From: Phoronis australis | Taxonomy: Eukaryota; Animalia; Phoronida | Length of the DNA stretch: 64,000 nt | Assembly: GCA_002633005.1 (NCBI GenBank) | Contig: NMRA01000136.1 | Location: forward strand, 192,859-256,858 | Reading direction: 5' to 3' | Shown here: positions 1 to 14,700 of the stretch, one piece after another | Position numbering within the stretch: position 1 is the first letter of the stretch | Layout: every line of letters starts with the position of its first letter | Notes under the pieces: generated by a model | What the model saw: the letters and a program-made list of their open reading frames with translations, nothing else | Databases searched by the model: none | Told to the model about the DNA's origin: nothing | Translations under genes and position numbers: made by a program

Positions 1-1132
1 CCACCTGCACTGTTTTTTGTTGTTTTTTTCTTAACAATAACTATTGTTCAAAGAACATGTGACCCCTATGTTTATATATGAAAGGTGAGAGTTACAACTA
101 GCGGCCGGGGAGTCAACCACCGCCACACAAATAAAAGTTTCAGTTTTAGTTAGATTTTTCCAGGTTCTGTTTCAGGCAGTGTACTAGTCTCCTTTGCCGT
201 TAAGTTAAGACTTGGTATTGGTCAGATGGATGCAAGGGAGTGAATGCATTGTTTCCAGCTATGTTTCACTTTAGTAAAAAGTAACACTTAAACATACTAC
301 ATTGTTGAAATCCTACATTTTTAGGTATCCCTTATTTTATAGTCTGTGTGTTGGTTTTGATATGATGTATGTTACTGTAATGTGCTATTGTGTGAAATTT
401 TATGTGAAACTGTTTATTTGTTCACCTTTTGTTCACATGTTGTACATACAGCAATTCTTCTATTAATTCATAATATTTCCCGTGGTTTGCATTCTTTAAT
501 TTCTTATCATATGTGTATTTTTTCTCCAATCATTTCTTTTGCTTTCAAGTACTCTTGTCCCCCCAAATGGTTCACACTTGATGTGACTTGGCAAGCTATG
601 TACAATATGAACCAATCCCAAGGGTGTTATCAGGTTTTGTGGACCATTAGGAAGGGCATTTTTATTACTTTTCCCAGGTCCGTATGACCTGATATGCCCA
701 TGCGATTGGCCTATATTTATTGTATAACACGACCACTGTTGCTTTTTTTCCTCTGTATTTTTTCTCTCATTTGATTACCATATTTTTACCTGCTTTGATA
801 TCCTGGCATCGTCTGCTCACTTTGTTGTCAGAGATTTATGGTTTCAGTCACCTGATTGGTCAGATTGTGAATTGCGACATCTGACGTTCAGGTGACATCT
901 GATATTCCACGACCTAGCTATTCAGCATTACCTCATAAGGGAAGTGATCGTACTGTGTTTAAGCCAGTAAGAGGCCAGAAGTATCCGTGGTCCTGTAATA
1001 ATAATCTGTGCACCTATTTATTTGAATTATGGAAGAGTTGCTGGCAGACAGTAGCACATTGAGTAGATTGTGTTTGTGTTTGTAAGCTGACTTTCCTGTA
1101 CCCTGTGCTGTCATACTGAGTTGTTTTATCAG

Positions 1133-1174
1133 GCACGGCAAGTGGCCAAACAGAAGGGACGCCAGATACTATTG
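1133..1174 (+). CDS. Possible 42-nt upstream coding exon of the TTC6-like gene (TASGQTEGTPDTI)
   Basis: ttttatcAG acceptor and G|GTAAAT donor; phase 1-1, compatible with the phase-1 exon at 2712; no homology support. Confidence 0.35.
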
Positions 1175-2711
1175 GTAAATAGAGCACAATCTCCACCAAT
1201 CACATTGCACAGCTAATTTCTGCTGCACTTTTCTCAGAAAATTGAGTAGTATGTAGTGTTTTAGCACCTAGTGCACTTTATTAACTGGTGAAGTTTTCAT
1301 TTTGCATGCCAACACATTCCTACATTTCTGTCTATGGTGTCATGATAGTAAATGGTCTTGCATTTGGTGGAAGCTTGCGACTGGTTTTTGGGCATTTTAT
1401 TATTTCAATTCTTTATCTGTATCACTCTTTGTCATGTAGTTGCTCCTAAAATGCTTGCAGATTAGAGATTGTTGATGCCAATTGTAACATCAAATTAAAC
1501 TACTTGGAATAAGCCCTCTGTGTCAGGTTGTAATAGTCCCAGATAGGGACTCCACTAAGTACCCTAAATCTTTGCTTTTTGTGTCATTTCAGTTTTACTC
1601 GCAGATGTGGTGATCTTTTTCTATCATTTTGCCTTAATGAGCTCCTTTTTGACTGATGACACATTCTAATATTATAACTGAAAACTGAGCCCTAAGTTCA
1701 TAGAAATTAAACAAGGACTTAGTCCTTAAATTAGGGGCCTTGCATGAAATGATCTCTACTTATTTTCCGTAACATTGAGAAGCCAACGTAGTGTTCACTC
1801 TCCATTTTGTACCAAAAACAGAAACCGACTTAGCAATGAAACTAAAACAGCATAAGAAAAGACAATCATTTTTTTCACAAATACGCAATAGATTGAGAAC
1901 TTTGTTGAGTCCGTGTTTGAGACTATTTCATGCAACCTATCCATGAACACAAGGCATAAAAGTGCTAGAAATTGTTGAAGACTAAATGGTTTGTTGAATA
2001 TTTCTGTTTCATTTTGGAATATTGCAGCACTCTTGTCAATTCAAAAAGTTCCCTTAAACGGTGTGTTTTACACTTGACCTTTTAACAGTAGCGCCTACAG
2101 TTAATTCAAAATCTCAACTTATGATGAGTCAATCACTTTTGTGATTTGTATCTCAGGTTTTAATTTGCCTTCTTTTCAAAACTGCCAAAGTGGTTTACAA
2201 CGTGGCAATGTAATCTATGGTGTTGGAGAAAGCTTGCCTGATTTTGTGCTTTTCCTGTTTGTTACTTTGACAATCTTTCTTCTTATTGTCAAACATCTGA
2301 AGACAACAACATGTTTGTTAACATTTTAAGGTTTATGATAGTGGTTTTTATCGAGATAATTAATTCATGTAGGATGTCTTTATTACTAGATTAAATATTT
2401 CTCTCTAAATATCTCAGTACTTTTCATAGCTTTCAAAAATATATAGATTCAAAAATGTGAGGAAACGAGTGTTTCATTTGAACAGACAAATGTAAATTTC
2501 TGAAGTAAGAGTAATTTTATTACAGCTGACTAAAATTTTATTATATTTAAGCAATGCTTATTTTCTGTCACATTTGGTAGTGTCAGCATGTTATCAGAAC
2601 CCTTCGTGTTTGTTTTCAAATATCTAAGGTGAGTTCCCTCAGCAATAAGTTTGTCACAGTGGTGCACACAGAAACGAGCTTTGTCATGGTAACGGCTGCA
2701 TTTATATACAG

Positions 2712-5700
2712 ATGATGAACCAGTCGCCCCTCAGGAGACAATCGATGAGGTTCCAGAGCCTGAAGATGATCAACAACCGCAGGTTGAAACTCCTGTACCC
2801 GAAAGTGTGCAGCAGGATGGTAATTAGTTTTAAAGTTTCAATTTTCAAAATACTTTTATTTCATCATTGAAACAGGTATGTCAGAAGGTTACCATGTTTG
2901 CCCCTGGCCAATAACTGCCCATGCCCCTATAAGCGCCCCCCCACACGTTTTCAGACTCTGCTGAAATAAGTGCCCAGCCCATGAATGTGTCCGTGCGAAA
3001 AATGCCTTACATACAGCGCTAAAATTTCACAGTAATTTGTCAACGAAATCTGGCAGTCCTGAAAAAATCATTGTGCGCGGAATTTCTAGACCACGAGCTT
3101 CGCCACTATGTCGGTATTTAGCCGTGACTGTACACTTCAAACTTCCACTGTGCTTCAAAAAAAACGCAAAAGTTTTGCTGATCTTGCAAGGAACATGTCC
3201 CACTATGGTCAGGCCTTTCAGAACAGGCGCAGTGTACTTGTCAACGGGATTGTATCGAATCTTTCCCGTACAGATCTTCTCCACCAACAGGAATCCAGAT
3301 GTCTTTGTACTCATAAAAACCGCAAATTGAATACTAATAAAAAGGCACGTGGCGAAGAAGCACGTGCTACATATATGTAGGCTTGCTACTCTGGCAAATG
3401 AACTCTGATGACACGTACGTGCTCACTCACTCGGCACACACCTGCAGACTAACTTCAAACAAACGTCATGTGACAACAACATGTGTGTTCGTCCAGATTT
3501 TTCTGGTGTTGCGGGGTACGATCTAGCGAAGATTTGGACTAATCTTCGTTTAATCCTGACTCCACCGGAACTTAAAAATCTTAGGGATGCTATTTGGAAA
3601 ACTTAAGTAGGATTTCAGGTAATTTGTTGTGTTGAAACTATTTTTATTCAAGAATTCAAGTTGCCCTATTGACTATCACGAGGCAGGCACGCATTAGTCA
3701 GCAAGTTTTTGGCCTGGGATTTTTGCACAGTTTTCTGAAAAGGGATCGTAATTTAACAATGAAACTTGATAGCAATGCACCACAGTTCTGTAGAAAGTCT
3801 GTCATAGGTTATAGATAACATCACATCCTGGCTTCCGATTTCACTCGTTTCGGAGACCGGGTTTCAACCACCTTAGGCTACAATAAGCATCCCCCCTTCC
3901 GAAACGGAACTTTTCTAAGTGCCCTGGGCACTTATTAGGGCGAATACGGTAATGACAAATTCATGTGGGAGTAGCTGGATTAGCGACACGAAATGTACCC
4001 TTGTTGTACGGAAAATTCTGTTGAAATACAGTTTACCTACACTGGCAGATGTAGAATGTCATAAGGGGTGGCAACCTCAATTTCTTAAGGAATATGTCCA
4101 TGTCGGCCCAACAAAGGGCACACTGGTGGGATTTCTTTTAGTCGTGTTTATAGACTTAAGTGCATTTTGTGGTAGTTTCAGTTAGGTAGATGGAGCTCAT
4201 CAAGTGTTCAATGTTTGATGATGGAAATCTTGATTTTTTACAATTTTAGTTTACTTTGATCTCCTTTCAATTATTAAAGATTAGGTTCATGGACAAATAA
4301 TTGAATCACCTTGTTCGTGACTTTCTTATAAAAAATACTTATTTCAATAGGATAGCTTGCTCAGTCAATGACTGTTGCTCAGTAGCACATTACAAGTTGT
4401 ATGATGATTGACAGAAACAATAATATGGAACGATATTTACAATCTCTTATGAAAAGCAGTAAATAATATCACATTCTTTGTTGTTGTCCTTAATATCAGT
4501 ATCACTATCATTACATTGCAGACGTCTCAGAGGGTAGGGTGTCAATGGAACCTGTGACTCAACCAGAAGAGGAAGCAGACGAGACTGAGCAGTTTGATTT
4601 GCAAGTGGAGCCACCTGTTGATGAACAGGTAACCTGATGATAGAGTGTCATGAAGGCCTTGCACTATGTTTGAATGGAATATTCCACTAAGTTCAACGCT
4701 TGTTGATAAAATGGTGCAACTAAGATCCCCGCAGAGCAGGAAAATGTACAACCTTCGAGTAAAATGTGGAGACTGGCTTTAAATGGAGACAAAGAAATGA
4801 TTGATTTTGATATATGATTGAGAATTTATAATATGTAAAGACTTAATGTAAGGTATATTTCATCTTCCCTAACATAGATGGATAAAAGCTCGTTTTTGTA
4901 ATTACTCTAAATAGTGACGCAACAGAACGAGCTTGTCCCTGTGTCCTTTGTGTAATTTTATGCTCTTGCTTTCAATTTCATCAAGGCTGATGAGGAAGAC
5001 ATTGATGAACAAATGTCCTTTGCAAAGAGCACACATACATCGGTTGCTGCTTCTGTGGCTGAGGAACCAATCCTTGACTTGAAGTGGGTGAGTTACCACG
5101 ACGGATTTTTTTGTGGATCAATGTTTCAGGTCCTGCTTTAGTAGCTACTTGTTTGAAGTACTATATGTAAGTTTAGAATTGAACACTTTTGACCAGAATA
5201 TCCAGACTCTACACTGACTATAGCAGACAATGTTGTTAGATCAAAAACTCACCATGAACGTTCCAAATTGAAAAGCATTATTGATAATTGATTAATAATG
5301 ATATCTGCACTCACAGTGTACTCATGCTAAGTAAAATTCCTGCTCAAAAACAGTTGAATCCTGTAAAGCAAAACTGAGTGGCTGAATCATTGTTCAGAAT
5401 TTGAAGATGGCACATGTGTGCATTGCCTTTTAACTTGAGTTGTTAATGGAAATACCGGACGATCGCCGCACAAATAAAAAAGTTCATGTTCAATTCAACG
5501 TTTCGTCTATTCATTAGACATCATCAGGATCATATTTACAACAGTTTAGGACAACAAGTGCCAATATACAGCTCAGGTAACATCCATAGAGTGAAGTGAG
5601 AGATACATAGAATATGGTCAAGTTTTTGAGCTTATTGTGGTCAAACCGGTTTTTGATCTTATTGTGGCCAAAAACTGATTTAATTAATGGAAATAGAATC

Positions 5701-8700
5701 CTATGGTAAGAAATATGGAAGTTGATTTTATGTCAGAGCAAAAGGCCAGCTAAACGTGGAAATGCAGCTTTAAACTGAATACAGATCAACGTCAATCACT
5801 TTGTGATGATAAGTCAAGTTGCTCTGATATGCTGGTTTTAAGATTTTGCTTGCTTGTTTTTACTCATAAAAGTGCTACATATAGGCACATGGACACAATT
5901 CTGGATATATGGGCAGCTTTACTTACAAGTACTTTTACTGGCCTAAAATGCCATTGTTCATAATTACATTATTTTTTAAACTAATTTAAATGTTGTATAT
6001 TTGTCTTAGGCCTATGATGCCCTGTTGGCACCTAGTGATGTTTACTACGAGGACATCATCAGCATTGATGGAAGGCCTAAACCTCTACAGCGAGCTGACT
6101 CTCCTCAAAAGAAGACAAAGAAGTCAGATGATGTTGACATTACACCACTGTTGTCAACGTGGACACCTGCCAGTCATACCAGTGAACAACCTGCTTTGAA
6201 CAAGAATGTCCATCACTTCTGTACTGTCAGAGAAGGGGCGGAGCTTCCTAAGGCACTGATGCATGTTGGGAGGAAGTATCATGCACCCAGTCAGTATATC
6301 AGTGTTACTGGGGTCACCAACAGGGTGAGTTGTGTTGATGAAAGAGAGTTGATGTTGGACACTTTCTTGTTGAAGTTGAGGTGTTTGTGTTGTGCGCAGT
6401 GTGGTTGATTGGGAATTTGGTTCATCATTAAAATTTTGTGTTCTAGTTTCCACTTTTTCTGTCGGCAGTGATGTCATCTTACAAAATTCTTTTTCAGCAT
6501 CCTGCTGTACCATCCACTGCTCTCTCTGGTGTTCGTGATAACCAAGTGACATCCATCGACCAAGGAGTTTTTCACAAAGGTGATGCAGAATTAGCACAAC
6601 GTCAATCCCGGATGGCACAGACCATATTAGATGAAGCGTACTCTATGAAACCACCCTCTGTTGAGCAGCATGATACTCTTGAGGCGTGGGCAGCAAGAGC
6701 AGACCAAATTGTAAGTGTTGAGCAGAAATAAGTAAATGCTACTTTGCCTGTCATTGGTTGATCTGTAGGAGGAGCTAGGTTAAGTTGCCAATCAAGGATT
6801 GGAGAACAAAAATCATATGTGTAACTGCACACATTTTTTTTTGTGCACAATACAACACTCACATCATTACTGGAACTGGTTTTATGTAGTTGGAGGAGTA
6901 TGGTGAATCATGCTCATGATAAAAAGATATGACAATAATTTAATGTCTCCCTTATTACTTTAAACTTTAAACCACGGTGTGTTCAGATGGTCAGTTCAAA
7001 TGTTTACCTTATCCTAGTTTTTTCATTTAATACCTTATTTGTTTTCCCAGACATTTACTTCTTACACCTGGCTGGTCCCCATTAGAATTTGTGTTTACCA
7101 GAAGTCTGAAAGATATGACTGTCGAAAGAGAATAGTTTGAGTCAACTTAAAGGCAAAAATAAACCCTTGGTATACTTTTTCTAAGTTGCGCCTGCCTGTG
7201 TACTCAGTTAGCTGCAACAAACCTGAGCCTAGGTGTAGGGATGGTTCTACTCAAAGTAAGACTAGACTTAACCAATTACACGGCATGATTCTAGTACATA
7301 CTTGCATATTGTGTACTTGAAGCATGTGATGCAATTGTTCAACTTCTGAATACAAAGATTAGAACCTGGTCTCTGTATTTCTTCACTCAAAACCAGTTGT
7401 ATTTGTCTCGTCAAAACACCTATTTTGAAAGTCATCACTTTTTTCTTAGATTGACAACATCGATCTCAGTATTGAAGGCGCTATCATGCCAATCAAGACT
7501 GACGAGTCCCGCCTCTATTGGACTCCGGCTCCACCCAAACTTGACATTGCTCCAGCCAATGTACAGAAGCAGCTGTTTGCTGAGTACCGTGGGGTGACGC
7601 TAGCAGAGTCACCTATGGCCACACCCTTTGAAAACTTGGAGGAGGTGGATGAGGGAGAGGAGGAGCATGAAACAGTGGTGATGGATGAAGATGAAGAGGA
7701 TATCATACCTGATAGGTCAGTTGATGGGTGGGGAGAAGCTACGTGACGGGTGATTTTGATTGATGGGTATGTAGGCACTGACATGAGAGTTGACTGCATG
7801 CATTAAGGAGAGATTCAGTTGCCAATCATTTGATTGGCACTGCCTTTTACAGCTTAGTAATAATTTTTTACTTTGATGGTCAAATAGAAATATGTTGTAA
7901 TTGTATTTAGAATATCATCGAATAACATGTTATTTGTCTTTCAGGATATTTTTACATCGCTGGAAGTCTCACGAAGATCTCACTGAGCTGGTGTTGGCTA
8001 AGCGGGAGTTTGAAAGGAAAAGTAAGAGAACGCAAGATGGTACAATAAAGCACTCAGAGTCCATACAGACATTCGCCACCAATGACAGTATCGTGTCTAC
8101 AACAACAGACTCAGGTACTCACCACTGTTCTTTGTCTCACTTAAAAATAGGCATTGCTGAAAGGTTGCCTTAGCAAAGAATAAAGTTCCAACTGAATGAC
8201 TGTTTATCTGGATAGCTTTTAGAAATTGTTCAAAAATTTGTTGAGTTACCTAATTTGTTAAGCTGAGGATGTTGATTGTGCGATTGCCATTCACTGAACG
8301 TGTGCCATAATTCGTGTTTGTGTTTAGGTCATGGACTTTTTTGTATGTTTGTAACTGTTGAAAGTCGACGTGGAGTTCGTTATCAGTTGCTTGGACTACC
8401 AACAACCAAGTGTTAAAATGTACTCTGTGAGAGACTGGGTACGTTGTGTTAGAATGGAAATTGAATTCTTTTTTTGAAAGGAACAGCATTGGAAATTTTA
8501 AAAATCCAAATGCGCTGCCAAGCATTTAGATGGAAGTTAAGGAAGGAATCAGAGGGCAACTTTCAGCGAATTCAAGAAAAGATTGCAGGAAAGTTTTTAC
8601 TTTGAAACTTTACCGATTTTGTTTTTCATTTCATTGTCTCGTTTTCAGTTGATACTAGTACCAGCGTGCCGCCTGGACCACGTATGTCTGTCGCTGAACT

Positions 8701-11700
8701 ACGCCAGTACTTGACACAGCCTCTTAGCCAATCACAACACAGCAGTACCAAGCAGTCTGGAATACCTGAAGAGGAGACAGGGGTCCAAAAAGCCCTACTC
8801 CCTCACCTGGTCCCCCTCAGGTACCAACTGATTATTATTGAGATATTGATAGGCAATCGGCCAGATTCTAGGGAATTAACTTTTAGTTTTAAAATGTTTT
8901 TGAATAAGCATGTTGTACAAATTTGTGGCAAGTGAATGAATGTTGTAGAAATTTGGACAATAGTCACTTACACAGGTCGCCTGTTTTGAGAACCAATTTG
9001 ATGCCTGTTGTTCAATGGAGAAAACAGGTTCGCAAAATGCGGGACTTGTGTAAGTGAGTATAACCATAATTTGTGGTGTCTGAAGTAATGACCTGTTATT
9101 TATTATTTTTGTTACTGACATATTTTTGTATTTTTATATTATATTGTGCTTTTGTTTTCGCTAAAAATGTTCTTTTACATTGTAACTTTTGAACAGGTAA
9201 AGTTGAAATATTTCGCGTTGCAAAAGAAAAGTGGCAAATTCTTTCTTAAGAACTGTTGTTATTTATTATCTTTTGTTACTGACAAAAGTGGCAAATTCTT
9301 TCTTAACATAATAATTTTCGGTTGCATGATATTTTGATTTTGTTTGTTCTTTTGAAATTGTTTATTTATTCCTCCCCTGCATTTGATTGCCACCATTACA
9401 TGTTATTGTTAGTTACTAACTCTATATATAGACTAGTGTTTACTTCCTGTAGGCGATCACGGTCATCCCCAGCCATGTTGCATGAAGATGACCCGTACTT
9501 AATAGTTCCTCACAGTTATGAGACGGCCGTGGCAGAAATTGAACATCATCGCTTCGCGATTTATCAGAACCTGAAGAAAGGTGATTTTTGAAGTTCAATT
9601 TTACTTCGATCTAAAGAGCTGTTCTTTCCAGCGTTGTGCATCCATGTTCTGCAGTATTGATAAAACTTCCTAATCGGGTACCAAGTGTTCAAGAAAAATA
9701 ATCTTTAAGCCTTCTAAAATTTAGATTCTAAATACCTTTTAAAATTTAGAAGAAAACGTGTGTTTCTACAGCGCTAATAGGCATTTGATCTACTTTAAAA
9801 ATAATGTTATCAAGAGTTATATGAATCTCCTACTTCATTCAGTGTTCAAAAATAAGGTAGTTTGACAATTCATATTTCTTTGTTGTTTGAGCAGCCAACT
9901 AATGGGGTAAATAAGGAATCTCTCATTTCATTTTTCTATTTTTGCACAAACTTATTCAAATTCCAAAAATCACTGTGGCTCATTGATTTACTATTCTAAA
10001 ACTCATTATGAATGTGGAACATCCTACCGAGGACTCTGAAGTATGCTACTTGCATGCCGTTTTTCTTTATATTACATTAAAGTTACACTGAACACTACAT
10101 CGGCAGATTTAAAATGGCTAAACTTCAAAGTAAGATAAAATGAAGTGCCTCATTTTCCCCCATTTTGACCATGGTGCAACTTTTGGTAATAAGAGCGCTT
10201 GCTATATGTATTTCATAATTTTTAGCCAGGATCATAAAATTAATTCAAACCATTCCGACACTCGCCATTGGGTGAAATGGGGTTTTCCATGCTAAGTGAC
10301 ATATTACCTAAACAGCGCTATATGTAACTTTCAATTAGTGTCCTTATGCCTTTCCATTCATTTGCTAATTCGTGAATATTTCAGAAGAGTATGTAGCTCG
10401 CACAGCCCAGCACAGTGCCAAAACAGAATTGGTTGAAGACGAATTTGAACTTGAAAAGGAGGAGATAATTCAACTGCAGAAAAAGTCTCCTGTGAAATCA
10501 AAGAAGCCCACGCCTGCGGAACTGGCATTGCAGGCGGGAAGAAACTATGTTCTACTGCCTCCAAAGTTAGTGATTTTCTTTCACACATTTCTTGCTTGGA
10601 ATTATTAATGTTTCCGTAGTGCATTATGAGATATTGCCATTTTAAAGGTGTTCTACTTGATATTCAGTTTATTTGCTTGTTTTTTTACGACAAAAGTGTG
10701 ATGATTCGAATTGCAAGTTGTGCGTCGTCTTTGTGCGTAACCTTTTCCTTATGTTTTTCAACCGTATGAACTTCAATAATTATGTATTATGCGAATAAAT
10801 TCAAATTTATTTTATGAGTCAAATTAAATACAGTTATATCATTGTTGTTTATGTGTAATTTGAGCTGTTATTTGTTGAGGTCAAGGTAAAAGTATTAAGA
10901 TGTCATCTCACTGTTCGTCTCTGTGGATGACTTGTCAAGCGTTAGTGCACTGTTGAAATGTTTTAAGGTGACCGTACTCTATTTTAGAAAAAAGAAGGCA
11001 AAAGTCGTTGACATGAGACGGATTGAAGAAATTGAACGGTTCATTAGGAAAAAGCCACGTCAGTTAGAACGGAGCGAGTCCTTGCCAAAAGTAGTCCTTC
11101 CTGTAGACAAGGCTTTGAAGGTTCCAGTGTAAGTGGACTTAGGTTTCTGAAGAAAATTATGGTGTGTGGTTTGGTATTCCACAACTTTTTAAGAACAATA
11201 AAAAATTCATTTCTTTTGTCCATTTGTCATCAGTAAAGATTCTGAAAAAGGATATGAATATTAGCTGAAATATCCAATAAGTGTTAACAAAAACTGCTGA
11301 AAGTTTGCAAATTTTTGTTCAATCTACAGTTAAAGAAATTGTGCTGGTTGTCTGATACACGTTGCACCAGACGTGCAGATGCCGCTCGGCCGGGCTCATT
11401 GTGCAAAACACCTGATACCATTTTGGCTTACTAACATAGTGTACACGTAACACATACTAAGACACAAATTAAGACAGAGCTGAGGAGCGAGAAGCCTGAC
11501 AACCCTGAGTCTAGCACTGGAGTCCAGTGGTATTTGAATGACCTTGAGAACAGGAGGCAAACACTCAACTCACTGGGCCAAAACACTGCCTCCTCTTCAA
11601 CTTACCCTGCACTTCTAAGAATGTTTTGAAGTAGCAATGCCTAGGTATGGCTGGGGATGGCTGATATATCATACCACTTCAACTTACCCTGCACTTCTAA

Positions 11701-14700
11701 GAATGTTTTGAAGTAGCAATGTCCAGGTATGGCTGGAGATGGCTGATATATCATTCCCTTCTCTGGCCATCTAGATACCACTTCCCTTCTCCAGACATCT
11801 GTGAGATGCCTCGTTGTCACACACTCTACGAAATATTCTTAATAAACTGCGTTGTAATATTCAGTTTAGCCAGCGAAAGAAAACACAGTTGACTTGATGA
11901 TAGTTGGGCAGGAAAACATATTAAGTAGAATATGAAATCTTTTGCTCCGAAGTGATAAGCTTTTGAGAAGTCTGTATTTGAGAGTGCGATGTTTTAGCGA
12001 TGTTGATTTCAGTTTTGCATGTTTATTACTGACAAGAAGGATTAAGTGTGAGTTTGATGCACTGTTACTTATGATTTAGCATGACACTTTATTTCACCTT
12101 CTGTTTTGCGATGCGTTGAGTGTGTTTTGTTGATTTTCAGGCATGTCAAGCAGGCAAAACGTGCAAGTCTGACCGAGTTAGATTTCGAACATTTCAAAAA
12201 GGACAATTCCGATTATTTCAAGTATGTATTTGTGAAGGTTTAGTTCTGTCAACATCTGGCTGATTCTGTTTCTATGTTGCATTTTTTGAGTATATTGGAC
12301 TTAACATTGCATGCTCTTGACTTAATTCTAAAATTTAAGTCTGGACTAGGCTGTGATTATTACTTAATATCCAACTTTTTATTCTATGGAATTTGCTTTT
12401 AGTCCTGTGGAATTTTTTGAAGAATCACCTGCAGCATAACCCGCCCAAATAAAGGTATTGTCTTATTTTTTCGGTCATGGTACCAGAGCACTTTATTAAC
12501 ATCTCAAGGAATGATATGTCTCAAAACCAAGAAAAAAAGTTTGATGGAGTTTTACATGACACAAATACCTCACTTAAGCTCCATTCTGGACATAATGCAA
12601 TTTTCAAAAACTGAAAATGTTAAGAAGCCTTTTTAGAAGTATTTTTTCTGACTAACTTAAACTCATAATAAAAGAAGGCTCCCCAATGAAAGTATATTAT
12701 AGCTACTTGTAGTTGTTATCTAGTTGTTACCACAGGATGTGCACCCACAAATAAATTTATGTCTTATTGTCTTTAGGAAAGAGGATGTTGAGCGCGAGCA
12801 AGTGAGAGCGATTTGGAATGATTGGTTTGACGAGGTGTTCCCAGAGCCTCAGGATCAACACGAGTCATCGTCAGAAGAGGAGAGTGTTCACGATCTGGAG
12901 GAAGAAAAACGCAAAGCGGCAGAGTGAGTAGCCATGTTGTTCTCTACTGTAAAGTGGTAGAGTGAGTAGCCATGTTGTTCTCTACTATAAAGTGGTAGAG
13001 TGAGTAGCCATGTTGTTCTCTACTGTAAAGTGGTAGAGTGAGTAGCCATGTTGTTCTCTACTATAAAGTGGTAGAGTGAGTAGCCATGTTGTTCTCTACT
13101 GTTATGTCTTGAATATGAATCCTTGTTGTAATGAGACCCTAGAAACTAAACAAATCAAAATTTTGTCCATTTTAGATTTATTTAATTTTTTGTATTAATT
13201 TTTGTTCTACAAAAGGGACAGTGGTCTTAAGTGAACCCACTTTGAAGTCCACTTTTTCTTTTGTGGGATGAAAATTAATTTTCAAAACTGATTTTAAAAA
13301 AATTTGACAGATTTGAGAACTATATTTTGGCATTATCTCAAATTAGCTCAGTTTTTGTTGCATATCCATTTTGATTAGTAACAGAAGGTATATAACTTAG
13401 TTTATTTGGAACCTCACGTCTTCTTTGCATGGCAGCAATTCAGATTCCAACTGCAGCTGTGAACTGGCGTTATATTTACACACACTTCTCATCCACATTC
13501 CTTTGGATGACACAGGAATCCCTGGGAAATCTCCAAAGCATTTTGGTTTCCCGTATGAAACAAGGCACAGTTTTTGTTGTTTGTTTATTTCACTATCAAA
13601 TAACAATTGTGCAATATTTGGAATTACTATGGTTTTTAAATGTTCACGTTTGTTTTTAAGTGTATCAGTTGTGGGGTTTTATTTAAAACCGCGATTTATT
13701 TTAATTAGAAATTACAGTTTCATTTGAAATAACCTGATAGGGTGTGATTGTATTGTCCTCTTTATTACAAATTACAGCTACGAGGATGGGTCAAATTTAA
13801 CAAACTAAAACTGTTTTATAATGAATTTACTTATTTTATGAGGTTTACAGTATTTCTTTTACAATTGCACAAGCCACTCATGGTGTTTACTGTCTGCATT
13901 AATTAAGGAAGCAAAAGAAAGCTGTGGACAGCATTAACTACAGAGAAGTGTCGTCCGTCAACTTGGTACCTGAGACAGAGGAGGATGAGATCATATTGGA
14001 GGTATGGGCGTGTGCTGACATCTAGTGGCAGACATGTACAGCTGACATCTGTTGGCAGACTTGTAAAATGCTGCTTTCTTCTGTGTCATTGTTTTCATCA
14101 TATGTGAATAAAAATAATTAGCTATTGGTGTAAGTTTGAAAATTAGTTAGGTCTCTGTTTTGGATATTTGTACCTACCTCACTGAACGTTCCACAACTTT
14201 TCAGTTGGTAATATCACATCACCAAGTAGGCGACAAGACAATTTTGCAATATCATTTTTAAGGCAAGTGACTGTTCAAAGGCTACAGTGAACATTTTGAA
14301 CCACAATTCATTTTCATTTATAGAATTCTACAAAGGACAATGAATATTCTACACTGTATTTCGTATTCCTAGACTCTGCACGAGCAAATTGATCAACTTT
14401 CTGCTGAACTGGAAAAAGCAGACGTCCCCAAAGCATTCTACCTATCCAGGAGAGGTGCCCTCTACAGGAAGATTGGCAAAATAAATCTGGCTCTGGCTGA
14501 TTTGGATAAGTATGCATTCTTTTGAAAAAGACAAAATTGCAATTAATTACTCAGAGTGCTTTACACTATTCTATAGCTTGTGTTAATGGTATCGTGGTCG
14601 CTAATTGCTTTGGTCTACATATTATGGCCTCATGACAAGTATTTAAGTCTAGTCAGCATGCCACCTCTAGGCCACATGAAAAATAATGTCATAGACCCTA

